A DNA stretch of 64,000 nucleotides. Source: an uncultured delta proteobacterium (lineage in GTDB: Bacteria; Desulfobacterota; Binatia; UBA9968). The notes below the pieces were generated by a model. The model searched no databases and was not told where the DNA came from. It saw nothing but the letters and a program-made list of their open reading frames with translations. Positions 50,116 to 60,125 of the stretch are shown here, one piece after another (the stretch's first letter is position 1; each line of letters opens with the position of its first letter). The stretch covers positions 160,001 through 224,000 of the forward strand of contig CAVXEP010000001.1 in the NCBI GenBank assembly GCA_963760795.1. The letters run 5' to 3'. The translations under genes and the position numbers were made by a program.

Positions 50116-51399
50116 TTATTTCTTCGCCGTGACGCGCCAGACTTTGCCGCCGCTGTCGTCGGCGACCAGCAGCGAGCCGTCGGGCAGGACGGTGACGCCG
50201 ACCGGCCGGCCGTAGGCTTCGAACTTGCTCTCGTCGGCGATGAAGCCGGTGAGGATATCTTCGATGGGTCCGGCGGGTTTGCCGTTGGCGAATGGCACGA
50301 ACGCGACTTTGTAGCCGACCATCTTGGAGCGGTTCCACGAGCCGTGCATGCCGATGAAGGCGCCGCCTTGATAGCGTTCGGGAAATGCTTTGCCGTTGTA
50401 GAATGCCAAGCCGAGCGAGGCGGTGTGCGAGCCCAAGGCGTAGTCGGGCTTGATCGCCTTGGCGACCAGATCGGGGCGTTGGCCCTTCTTGCGCGGGTCT
50501 TCGATCTGGCCGAAGTACGAATAGGGCCAGCCGTAAAACGCGCCGTCTTTGACACTGGTGAGGTAGTCCGGCACGAGATCGTCGCCGAGCAAGTCGCGCT
50601 CATTGACGACGGTCCAGAGAGTCTTGGTTCTGGGTTCCCAATCCATGCCGACGGGATTGCGCAGCCCTCTGGCAAAGATCCGCATGCCGCTGCCGTCGGG
50701 ATTGATTTCGATAATACCCGCGCGCCGTTGATCTTTTTCCCAAGCGTTTTCTTCGTCGACGTTGGATGCCGAGCCGATGGCGACGTAAATTTTCTTGCCT
50801 GCCGGATCGGCGCTGAGCGTGCGCGTGTGATGGCCGCCGGCCGGCAGATCGAGAATCTTTTCGCCTTTGCCGTCGATCTTCGTCTGGCCGGCGCGATAGG
50901 GATAGCGAACCACGGCGTCGGTGTTGCCGACGTAGAACCAATTGCCCAGCAGCAGCATGCCCTCGGGCATGTTCAAACCAGTGAGAAAGGTTTCCCGCAA
51001 GTCGGGCTTGCCGTCGTTGTCAGTGTCGCGGAACAGCGTGATGCGATTGGCCGACTTTTCCGGCCGATCGTCGCGGCCGGGCCACTCGCGAATGCTTTCC
51101 ACCACGAGAACATCTTTGTTTGGCAGCACATAGGTCTGACGCGGATTGGCGAGTTTGTCGGCGAACAGGCTGACTTCGAAACCCGGCGCGGCCTTGGGCG
51201 TTCTGCCTTGGGGCCAGCCGATGACTTTTGACTGGTTGCGCGCCGACGGCGTGTCGAACGGCGCGGGCAATTGAAGTTGGTCGGCCGGACCGGTGCCGGC
51301 GGCGTAGCGTGGCGATGGATTGTTCGACATAGTCGCGCAGGAGCACGCCACGGCTAGGCTGGCCGCGAGGGCAATGCGATTTAGATAAGATTTCGACAT
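50116..51399 (-). CDS. L-sorbosone dehydrogenase family (PQQ beta-propeller) lipoprotein
   Basis: GLRNPVG, VNERDLLGDDLVPDY, FYGWPYSY, HGSWNR, GRPVGV. Confidence 0.92.
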   Translation of the reverse strand: MSKSYLNRIALAASLAVACSCATMSNNPSPRYAAGTGPADQLQLPAPFDTPSARNQSKVIGWPQGRTPKAAPGFEVSLFADKLANPRQTYVLPNKDVLVVESIREWPGRDDRPEKSANRITLFRDTDNDGKPDLRETFLTGLNMPEGMLLLGNWFYVGNTDAVVRYPYRAGQTKIDGKGEKILDLPAGGHHTRTLSADPAGKKIYVAIGSASNVDEENAWEKDQRRAGIIEINPDGSGMRIFARGLRNPVGMDWEPRTKTLWTVVNERDLLGDDLVPDYLTSVKDGAFYGWPYSYFGQIEDPRKKGQRPDLVAKAIKPDYALGSHTASLGLAFYNGKAFPERYQGGAFIGMHGSWNRSKMVGYKVAFVPFANGKPAGPIEDILTGFIADESKFEAYGRPVGVTVLPDGSLLVADDSGGKVWRVTAKK

Positions 51400-51742
51400 G
51401 GAAATTGTCCTCCAATGGTTTTACTTTTCGGCTCACTGCCGGGATCGATGGCGCAACTATATACAAACAACCCGCTGCGCGAAAGTATGAAGTTGAACAA
51501 CGCTTAGCTCCAAACAGAGGGGTTGTTAATCTCCCGAGTCGAAGTCGTTTCCCCATCCGTCGGATTCCGGCCAGCAGTGCGGAAGAAGTATCAGACAAAG
51601 ACTGGATGCCGGCCTGCGCCGGCATGACGGATCTTCACTTCGCCCAGTGGCGAGTGATATTCAGCCATGCTCGATTGAGACATTGAACGGTTGTGCCGCG
51701 GGATTGTCCGTTCTAAGATCGCCACGGTTCGAAGGAGGCGGA

Positions 51743-53168
51743 ATGCATTATCGTGATCTGCGCGGATGGTTAGACGGTGTCGATTCGTTTGGCGAGTTGC
51801 GGGTGGTGGAGGGCGCCGACTGGAACCAGGAGATCGGCGCGGTCGCCGAAGTCGCGGCGCAGACCAATCCGCCGCCGGCGGTGTTGTTCGACAAGATCAA
51901 AGATTATCCGGCAGGGCGGCGCGTGCTCACCGGCGTGCACAATCCGACGCTCAAGCGCCAATGCTTGACCAACCATTTGCCGCTGGATTACACGCGCGAT
52001 CAGTTCATCGACGCCTGGAAGAAGCGTCTCGACCATCCGACCTTGCTGCCGCCGCGGGTGGTCGATAGCGGGCCGGTGTTGGAAAATGTTTTTGAAGGCA
52101 AAGATATTGACCTGTTGTCCTTGCCGGTGCCGTGGTGGCATGAGGGCGACGGCGGCCGCTACATCGGCTCCATGGACACGACCATCAGCCGCGACCCCGA
52201 TGAAGGCTGGATCAACGTCGGCTGTTACCGCGTCATGGTGCACGATAAAGATACGCTGGCGCTCTACATCTCGCCGGGCCATCACGGCCATATTCACCGG
52301 CAAAAATATTTCGACAAGGGCCAGCCGTTTCCGGTGGCGATCAGTTTCGGTCCCGATCCGCTGCTGTGGTTTTTCGGCCAGATGGAAATCCCGGCGGGCG
52401 AGTCGGAGTACGACTACGCCGGCGGCGTGCGCGGCGAGCCCTATGAAGTGATCCTGGGCAAACACACCGGCCTGCCGATTCCCGCCTATTCGGAAATCGT
52501 CATCGAGGGCGAAGTGTTGCCCGGCACGAGTATTCCCGAAGGACCGTTCGGCGAATTTACCGGTTACTACGCCGGCGGTCTGCGCTCCGAGCCGATGCTC
52601 AAAGTAAAGCGGCTCATGTACCGCAACGATCCGATCATGACCGGCGCGCCGCCGTTCAAACCGGCGCCGGGGGCGGAAAATAATTTGATCCGCGCCGCTT
52701 ATATCTGGAACTACCTCGACAAGGCCGGCGTGCCGGACGTGCGCAGCGTCGCCTATCATCAAACCCGCTTGCTGGTCGCTTTGTCGATCAAGCAACGCTA
52801 TCCCGGCCATGCCCGCCAAGCGGCGTTGATCGCCTCGCAATGCCGCGCCGCGGCGCTGCTGACACGCTATGTCATGGTGGTCGACGAGGATATCGATATC
52901 TGGGACAGCAACGAACTCTTGTGGGCGCTATGCACGCGCACCGATCCGGCGAAAGACATCGACATCCTGCGCCGCTGCTGGAGCAATCCCATCGATCCGA
53001 TCATCCCGCCGAGCGAGCGCGGCTTCCAGTCGCGCGGCATCATCGACGCCTGCCGGCCCTATGAATGGATCAACGAGTTTCCCCAAAGTCTCGGGCGCGA
53101 GCAAGGAGTTGAAAGACAAAGTCACGAAGAAATTTGCCGCGAGTCTGGCGGGGAAGAAAGTGATTTAA
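51743..53168 (+). CDS. UbiD-family prFMN decarboxylase, frameshift at ~53083
   Basis: DGGRYI, NVGCYR, EIVIEG, EGPFGEFTGYY, VDEDID, IIDAC; extra C in a C4 run. Confidence 0.92.
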
Positions 53169-53351
53169 CCACAAAGGGCACATAGATCACAAAATAGTGA
53201 ATCGGAATCAGATGATTGACCGCAAAGTACGCAATGAACGCAAAAAAATTCCAAGAGGAAATCCGACGTAGGGGCGAATCATGATTCGCCCTGGGGGGTG
53301 GCAGTGGCGTGGCTCTCTGGTAACGACATTCGAATTGATGAGAACACATAC

Positions 53352-54362
53352 ATGATTATCGGCGACCGCCATGTAGGGGCGACCGGCGGGTCGCCCTTCC
53401 GATGGACAAAAGGCGCAGCGAAATTGCTGCTGCTGGCACTTCTGCTGGGGATCGCGCCCAAGGTCGGCGCTCAACCAGGAAAGCCGCTGGAGAAAGTCCG
53501 CCTCACGGTGCCGGCGAAGTCCCTGACCTTCGTGCCGTATTATTTCGGCAAGGCGCAGGGGATCTTCGCGCGGGAAGGGATCGACCTTGAGATCATCGTC
53601 ATGCGCCCGCCTCTGGGCGTCACGGCGTTACTGGCGGGCGAGCTTGATTATTCCGCGGCCGGCGGCCTGTCGGTGCGCGCCGCGCTGAAGGGCGCGCCGT
53701 TGCGCACGATTACATTTATTCAAACGCGGTTGAGTTTCAGCCTGATCGGCCAGCCAGGCATGGCTGCGGCGCGGATCAAGAACGTTTCGGTGAGCGGTAT
53801 CGGTTCCCTCGCCCACTACGCCGCGCAGGCGATGATGAAACGCTTGGGCAATGAGAAGGTCGCCTATGTTTCGACCAACACCACGGCCAACAGCTATACG
53901 GCGCTGCTCGGCAAAGCCACCGATGCGGTGATCCTGACGCCGCCGTATACTTCGATGGCGACGTTGGCGGGCTACGCCGATCTCGGCAACACCTACGATC
54001 TGCGTGACTTGCAGGGCGGATTGGTGGCGCGCTTGTCTTCCATTCACGAGCAGCGCGAGCGGGTCAAGGCGGTGATCCGCGCGACCTTGCGCAGCATGGA
54101 AGCGATCGTCAAAAACGACAATGAAGTGGTGGCCTATTTGCAGAAAGATTTCGGCCTGGAGCCCAGGATCGCCGCGGATACCTCGAAGATCATCAAACAG
54201 CTAGTCAATGCCGACGGCGATCTCGAAGAGCCGGTGCTGAAATCGATCATCGATAAATTGCGCGCGGAATCCGGCATCGCCGCGGAGATTCCGTCGGAGC
54301 GGTTGGTGGATATGTCGCTGTTGCGCGAGGTTAGAGCCGAGTTAAAGAAACGTGCGCCGTAG
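53352..54362 (+). CDS. NMT1/SsuA-type substrate-binding protein
   Basis: GIFAREGIDLEI; signal h-region LLLLALLLG; start uncertain, REP inside the leader. Confidence 0.82.
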   Translation: MIIGDRHVGATGGSPFRWTKGAAKLLLLALLLGIAPKVGAQPGKPLEKVRLTVPAKSLTFVPYYFGKAQGIFAREGIDLEIIVMRPPLGVTALLAGELDYSAAGGLSVRAALKGAPLRTITFIQTRLSFSLIGQPGMAAARIKNVSVSGIGSLAHYAAQAMMKRLGNEKVAYVSTNTTANSYTALLGKATDAVILTPPYTSMATLAGYADLGNTYDLRDLQGGLVARLSSIHEQRERVKAVIRATLRSMEAIVKNDNEVVAYLQKDFGLEPRIAADTSKIIKQLVNADGDLEEPVLKSIIDKLRAESGIAAEIPSERLVDMSLLREVRAELKKRAP

Positions 54363-54435
54363 CGGGCGCGATCTTGCGTCGGTTCCGGGGCAAAGTTAAG
54401 ATGTCGGCAAATATAGCCAGGAGGTTTCCGCTTAA

Positions 54436-54906
54436 ATGAAATGCTTTCTAAGTGCAATGGTGTTGGCATTGGCTTTGTCGATGGTACCGTCGATGGCGCC
54501 GGCCATGGATACTGGCGAACCCCTGGCGAAAAAAGAGAGTGCCAGTATGGTCGCTGGACGTAAGGCGGTGGAGGCGAAAGATTTCAAGTCGGCTGTGGGC
54601 CATTTCACCAAAGCTGTGGACACGGAGCCCAAAAACGCCGACGCCTATAGTATGCTGGGCTACAGTTATCGGAAGACCGGCACCTTCGACAAATCTCTGG
54701 AGTTTTATCAGAAGGCCTTGAAGCTCGACGCCCATCATCGCGGCGCCCGTGAATACCTGGGCGAGCTTTATCTCGACATGAACCAGCCCGACAACGCTGA
54801 AAAGCAGCTGGCGGCGTTGAAAAAAGACTGTTCCTTCCTCAGCAAGTGTGAAGAGTACGACGATCTGAAGAAAGCGGTGGATACCTATAAGGCGAAGAAG
54901 AGGTAG
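54436..54906 (+). CDS. Secreted TPR protein
   Basis: Signal peptide; NADAYSMLGYSYRK, HRGAREYLGELYL, C-x5-CEEY. Confidence 0.88.
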   Translation: MKCFLSAMVLALALSMVPSMAPAMDTGEPLAKKESASMVAGRKAVEAKDFKSAVGHFTKAVDTEPKNADAYSMLGYSYRKTGTFDKSLEFYQKALKLDAHHRGAREYLGELYLDMNQPDNAEKQLAALKKDCSFLSKCEEYDDLKKAVDTYKAKKR

Positions 54907-54972
54907 CGAAGAAGACAGAGACGACAGACAGAGAAAGACAAGAGTTTTCTGCCCAACTTAAATGGAGGTTCT

Positions 54973-55441
54973 ATGAAGTATTGGTTTCGTTGCATGGTTG
55001 TCGCGGTCGGGTTCTTGGCATGGCAGTCGGTTGCGTTTGCCGATCTGCCCGATCCGAAAGGGAAAACGGAAAATCCCAACGTCGTGGCTGGCGCGCAAAG
55101 CCATCGATGCGAAGGATTACAAAGGCGCGGTGGGACACTTGACCAAGGCGGTTCAGGAGCTGCCCAACGACGCCGACGCGCACAGCATGCTCGGCTACGC
55201 CTACCGCAAGACCAACGTCTTCGACAAATCCATGGAGCATTATCAACGGGCGCTCAAGCTCGACTCGAATCATCGTTCCGCGCATGAATACTTGGGCGAA
55301 CTTTACCTCGACATGAATCAGCCGGATAACGCCGAGAAGCAGTTGGCGGCGTTGAAAAAAGCCTGCCCGTTCATCGGCAAGTGCGAAGAGTTCGAGGATT
55401 TGAAGAAGGCCATCGATGCCTATAAGGCGAAGAAGAAATAG
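54973..55441 (+). CDS. Secreted TPR protein paralog, frameshift at ~55091
   Basis: ORF 54973 (signal) and ORF 54998 (TPR body) join into a paralog of 54436. Confidence 0.82.
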
Positions 55442-55518
55442 GCGGGTCGAGGATCGTCAAATGCTGGTCGAGGATGGAAGATTGAGGATGGAGGATCGAG
55501 GATCGCTTGGAGGATAAG

Positions 55519-56241
55519 ATGGCTGAAAACGTAAAAGCGCGTATCGGTTTCGTCAGCGGCGGGTCGAGCTCCATGCCGCACTACAATAGTTTCCTGCCCA
55601 TCGTGCCAAAGGAGTTCGAGATCGACTTCCAGGGTCTCCAGCTTTACGGCAAGTCGCTGTACGAGATCTCCGACAAGAAGGAAGTCATTCTGCGGCGAGT
55701 GAAAGAGTTCATCGCCGAACGCAAATGGGACGGTCTGATTCTCACTGCCGCCCCGACGGAAGTTCTCAATCCGGGATTGTTCGATGATTTGAAAGCGGCC
55801 GTTTCGATCCCTTTCACCACGGCGCTGAATGCTTGCGTCGCGGCGCTACGAGTTTACTCCGCGCCCAAAGTACTTCTGCTCACGCCCTTCGATGCAAAGT
55901 TGAATGACCTGATCGTCGCCCATCTCGCCAAAGCAGGCGTGACCGCGTTGTCACCCAATTCTTTCGACGAACTCGCCGTGCCCAAACGCATGACGCCGGA
56001 CGAAGTCTTCGATCTCACCAAGAAAAACTTGGCCGCCGTCGGCAAAGTCGACGCGATCTATTTTCAAGGCGCGGTGCTCGATCCGGTCAAGTGTCTTGAA
56101 CGCATCGAGTCCGAGCTTAACGCCACCGTCATCGCCAGCAATCCGGCGATGTTTTGGTATGTGCTGTCGAAGTTAAAACTTTCATACCCGATGACTGGCT
56201 TTGGCCGGTTATTGCGCGAGTGGCCGGCGTTGAACGCGTGA
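55519..56241 (+). CDS. Maleate isomerase/arylmalonate decarboxylase (Asp/Glu racemase fold) homolog
   Basis: IPFTTA, LLLTPF, DAIYF, ERIESEL..VIASN.AMFW, GFGRLL. Confidence 0.75.
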   Translation: MAENVKARIGFVSGGSSSMPHYNSFLPIVPKEFEIDFQGLQLYGKSLYEISDKKEVILRRVKEFIAERKWDGLILTAAPTEVLNPGLFDDLKAAVSIPFTTALNACVAALRVYSAPKVLLLTPFDAKLNDLIVAHLAKAGVTALSPNSFDELAVPKRMTPDEVFDLTKKNLAAVGKVDAIYFQGAVLDPVKCLERIESELNATVIASNPAMFWYVLSKLKLSYPMTGFGRLLREWPALNA

Positions 56242-56277
56242 ACGATTGGAGTTTCAGGGTCTTTCGACTCGAAGTAC

Positions 56278-57225
56278 TTGCCCGTCGGAACGAACCTTTC
56301 TGCCTGCTTCGTCGCTAAACTGGCCAGTCGCTTAGATGAAATCGTGCGAACATCTGAAAACGAAGTTAAAAGGTTTCCCGACTCCTTTATTCCGTCTATG
56401 ACCAGTGGATATGATCAAGTATTCGGCTTCCGTGCGGCGATCGAACGCAACCGTCAGACATTCATATTGCAGCACGCGTTTGCCCTTCATGCCTTTTTTG
56501 TCCTGTGTGAACGCTTCGACCGCGCCGGTCGGCGGCTCCAGACAGGACGCAATAAGAATGGTAAGAGTCTGATAAGCTTGGCTCCGTTCCTTCTGCTGGC
56601 GCAACGGCAGTCAATAAATGGATTTGAAGAATTCTCGACTTTTCGGTCCTACGATGGATGGATGTTGCTTCGACCAGCGGTCGAAGCGGGCCTGATCATG
56701 GGTAAGTGGGTTGATAATCCAGAAAACGCTGCCATTTGGAGCGCCCGAGTTACAAGGCGAACAGAATACATCAAGACGTTTACCGGCAAAGGCTTGATTT
56801 CCGAACACTTGCCGCGCGCTTCTGAAATCAAGAGCGTTCTCGACCGCCTCAATGATGAGTTCGTCCATGCAAACGAACCTTATTACCACCGGCACACCCG
56901 TGTGGAGGAGGCAGGGCCAGACCAAGTGAGTTTGCGAGTTGACTACTTCGACAACGACAGCGACGCGGAATCGCATACGGTTGCGTTCCTTCACCTGATT
57001 GCCGTGCTAATCGACTCTGTAGACGCTATGCTTGCGCGAGTTCTTTCGACTACTGGACCCCATGTGCCGTGTGCGCCGACGCTCCGCGACAGGTTGGTGG
57101 AGCGCGCGGCACGCCTGCGTGCACGCGCACCTCAGCATGACGCCGTACTCACTCAGCTCGGATTGTGGCCTGCGGAGTCGTCAGAATCCGGCAAGGACCC
57201 CAGCGGTCTAACAAGGCGCTCATAG
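56278..57225 (+). CDS. Hypothetical protein with atypical composition, probably cassette-derived
   Basis: 315-aa ORF with LRPAVEAG and LNDEFVHAN; 3' end overlaps GTCTAAC-AAGGC-GCTC (attC left arm-like). Confidence 0.65.
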   Translation: MPVGTNLSACFVAKLASRLDEIVRTSENEVKRFPDSFIPSMTSGYDQVFGFRAAIERNRQTFILQHAFALHAFFVLCERFDRAGRRLQTGRNKNGKSLISLAPFLLLAQRQSINGFEEFSTFRSYDGWMLLRPAVEAGLIMGKWVDNPENAAIWSARVTRRTEYIKTFTGKGLISEHLPRASEIKSVLDRLNDEFVHANEPYYHRHTRVEEAGPDQVSLRVDYFDNDSDAESHTVAFLHLIAVLIDSVDAMLARVLSTTGPHVPCAPTLRDRLVERAARLRARAPQHDAVLTQLGLWPAESSESGKDPSGLTRRS

Positions 57226-57288
57226 CGTGTATGCATTTGTTGGGAGAACGGAAATGCCGAGCAAGTTGAAATCGTTGACTACCACTAA
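57226..57288 (+). pseudogene. higB: HigB (RelE-family) toxin C-terminal remnant
   Basis: RVCICWENGNAEQVEIVDYH-stop matches the canonical HigB terminus, directly upstream of higA. Confidence 0.8.
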
Positions 57289-57304
57289 GATTTCTCGCCG
57301 TAAC

Positions 57305-57637
57305 ATGCCATCACAGCGTCAGATCGCGCGTCGATTGCCTACTGACAGGCCACCGACACATCCAGGTGAAATGTTGTTGCAGGAGTTTCTCAAGCCATTG
57401 GGGATTAGCCAGTCTGCGTTTGCGGCCCGGCTGGGTATATCGTTTCCGCGCTTAAACTAGATTATCCGAGCAAGACGTGGTGTAACGCCAGACACCGCGC
57501 TCCGGCTGGCGCAAGCTCTAGGCATGTCTGCTGACTTTTGGCTTGGCCTGCAGCAGGATTGGGAATTGTGGCACACCTTGCGGAGCACGAAAGCCGCGGC
57601 AATCGCGCGGCTGGAACCATTGCGTCATGAGGGCTGA
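57305..57637 (+). pseudogene. higA: HigA antitoxin with in-frame TAG at 57458-57460
   Basis: PTHPGEMLLQEFLKPLGISQ...RLN*IIRARRGVTPDTALRL...FWLGLQ. Confidence 0.85.
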
Positions 57638-57769
57638 GACACTCACCCCATCATGCCCGTCAACGCTGGCAGCAAGAGGCACAGTTCCTTCTTTGCGCCA
57701 CTTTTTGATGTCGCCCATGTCAAATTTTTGCGCGCATGAAGTAATGATTCAAAGTTGGTGGACGGATAA

Positions 57770-58294
<525 letters not shown>

Positions 58295-58298
<4 letters not shown>

Positions 58299-58500
58299 CC
58301 AACCGTTTTGTTCAGCCAATCCGTCACGATCTTCGAAACTTTATCCTCCGCGCCGACACATAAAAGTGATCGCAGTTGGGAATGATCGCGACTTCGCAGG
58401 GCAGGGCAATTTTTCGCGAACTCTTCAGCGGAGTAGTTTTCTTTGGGCTCTTGGTCGCCGCGGATGGTGAGCACTGGGCAGGAAGCCTCGTGGTAGAAGT
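58295..58500 (-). pseudogene. Alpha/beta hydrolase C-terminal remnant (frameshifted)
   Basis: CPVLTIRGDQEP...CP/CEVAIIPNCDHFYVGAEDKVSKIVTDWL; no 5' portion. Confidence 0.65.
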
Positions 58501-58579
58501 CGGCCGTCGTAAATGGTTCTAAGTTGTCTCACACACTGCTCAGTATATTCACAAGGTAGCCGTTTCTCGGAGTCCTCAG

Positions 58580-58630
58580 ATGTCAAGTGTATTTCTCAGC
58601 CATAACCACCGAGACAAAGAATTCCTCAGG
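58580..58630 (+). pseudogene. TIR-domain N-terminal remnant
   Basis: GGAG RBS then MSSVFLSHNHRDKEF, matching the TIR_2 start VFLSH-x3-DK-x-F; runs into the pncB 3' end. Confidence 0.6.
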
Positions 58631-59980
58631 TCAACGCTGCTGCTTGATCGTCTCGCCCACCTGGCGCTGTAGTGCTCGCAACGCGTCGCTGTAGTCGACC
58701 GGATAAACGGCCGGGTTGCGGACCGCTTTGATTGACCCGTCGAGCCGTTGAAATTCGTCGAGGAATCTTTGCCGCGAGGTCGCCAGCGGTGGCGATTTAA
58801 TGGCGCGGCCATTGGCCATGACGTTTTCAAGCAGCGGCTCGCTGTCGGCAAGTTTTTCTTCGCGTAAGCCTAGCGTGTCTATACGCAACCCTTGGCGCTC
58901 GTCCAACTGGCGAAATACTTGTTTCTTTCCCGGCCAGGAAATTTTTCCAGTGCTGAGTTTCTGCACTGGCCGGCCGGCATATTCGACCAGCTTGTACGAC
59001 ATGTCGGTCCACGGCGCGTCGGCCGAGGTGCCCATTTTAGTGCCGACGCCGTAGCTGTCGAAAGGAACGTGGGCGATCGAATAATCGTCGAGGTCGTATT
59101 CGTCCAGGCCGCCGCTGCCGAAGATTTTTACCTGCGGAAGCCCCGATTCGTTGAGAATCTCGCGCACGGCGTGGGCCTGTGCCGGCAGGTCGCCGCTGTC
59201 GATGCGTACGCCGATGAGCTTTTCGCCGCGCTCGGCCATTTCTTTGCCGACGGTGGCTGCGTTGTGCGCCCCGGCGAGGGTATCGTAGGTGTCGATCAAC
59301 AGGATCGTCGCGTGCGGAAAGCTCGCGGCGTAGGCGCGGAAGGCGGCGATCTCGCGCTCGAAGCTCATGACAAACGAGTGCGCCATGGTGCCGACGATGG
59401 GCACGCCGTAGTTTTTCCCGGCCATGACGTTACTGGTGCCGGCGAAGCCGGCGAGGTAACTGGCGCGCGCTACTTTCATGCCGGCGTCGCTGCCATGGGT
59501 GCGGCGCAGGGCGAAGTCGACTACCGGCCGGCTGCCTGCGGCATGAACGCAACGGGCGGCTTTGGTTGCGATCATGCTTTGCAGATGAACTTGATTGATG
59601 ATGAAGGTCTCGGCGATTTGCCCCTGGATCACCGGCGCAGTGACTTCGAGCACCGGTTCGTCCTTAAAAAAAATCCGCCCTTCGGGAATCGCCCAAACCT
59701 CCCCGGCGAATTTGAGATCTGCCAAATAATGGAGAAAGTCATCGGTGAACAGTTTCTGTGCCGCTAGATAGTCGAGAGCCGCGTTGTCGAAGGAAAATTT
59801 TTCCAGGTAATCGAGCACATCCTGAAGCCCGGCCGAGACGAAGTAGCCGCGGTTGGGCGGATAGCTGCGGATGAATAGGCTAAACGTCGCTTCCGCGAGT
59901 CGTTGCTCGCGGAAATAGCCTTGGGCCATTGTCAGCTGATAGAGGTCGGTGAGCAGTGTGTGATTTTCCTGGCTGGTCAT
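58631..59980 (-). CDS. pncB: Nicotinate phosphoribosyltransferase
   Basis: LLTDLYQLTM, GTMAHSF, LIDTYDT, GVRIDSGD, YKLVEY. Confidence 0.95.
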   Translation of the reverse strand: MTSQENHTLLTDLYQLTMAQGYFREQRLAEATFSLFIRSYPPNRGYFVSAGLQDVLDYLEKFSFDNAALDYLAAQKLFTDDFLHYLADLKFAGEVWAIPEGRIFFKDEPVLEVTAPVIQGQIAETFIINQVHLQSMIATKAARCVHAAGSRPVVDFALRRTHGSDAGMKVARASYLAGFAGTSNVMAGKNYGVPIVGTMAHSFVMSFEREIAAFRAYAASFPHATILLIDTYDTLAGAHNAATVGKEMAERGEKLIGVRIDSGDLPAQAHAVREILNESGLPQVKIFGSGGLDEYDLDDYSIAHVPFDSYGVGTKMGTSADAPWTDMSYKLVEYAGRPVQKLSTGKISWPGKKQVFRQLDERQGLRIDTLGLREEKLADSEPLLENVMANGRAIKSPPLATSRQRFLDEFQRLDGSIKAVRNPAVYPVDYSDALRALQRQVGETIKQQR

Positions 59981-60125
59981 GGAATTGCTTTGGAGGGCGG
60001 TCGCTAGGCCAGTCAATAGCGGTTTCGGGCAATCCTGGCAAGCCCATCCGGTTGATTTGTCGGAACCGTTTTGTTAAGAATTTTGTAAAGCTTACGCGTA
60101 ATTACATCCCAACAGGAGGGCATCG

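Noticed and set aside
9615-52840. Long antisense ORFs (e.g. 9615-10616, 11879-13102, 49963-51231, 51770-52840)
   Set aside because: Shadows of GC-rich codon usage opposite well-supported genes.
27847-53248. CRISPR-like array from the periodic repeats
   Set aside because: Units are 7-9 bp, degenerate and dispersed, with no unique spacers and no cas genes.
57206-57247. Complete attC ending in GTTGGGA
   Set aside because: Too short, with no L'/L'' pairing; the right half is higB coding sequence. Only the left arm is credible.
47387-57460. Two in-frame TAG codons suggesting amber recoding or pyrrolysine
   Set aside because: Many intact genes here end in TAG at conserved C-termini (e.g. PAKGE-TAG), and no pyl genes are seen.
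60071-60106. Rex-like site TTGTTAA-GAAT-TTTGTAA and TTACGCGTAA palindrome between pncB and the PaaA-like gene
   Set aside because: The second half-site is poor and there is only one instance; cannot assign a regulator.
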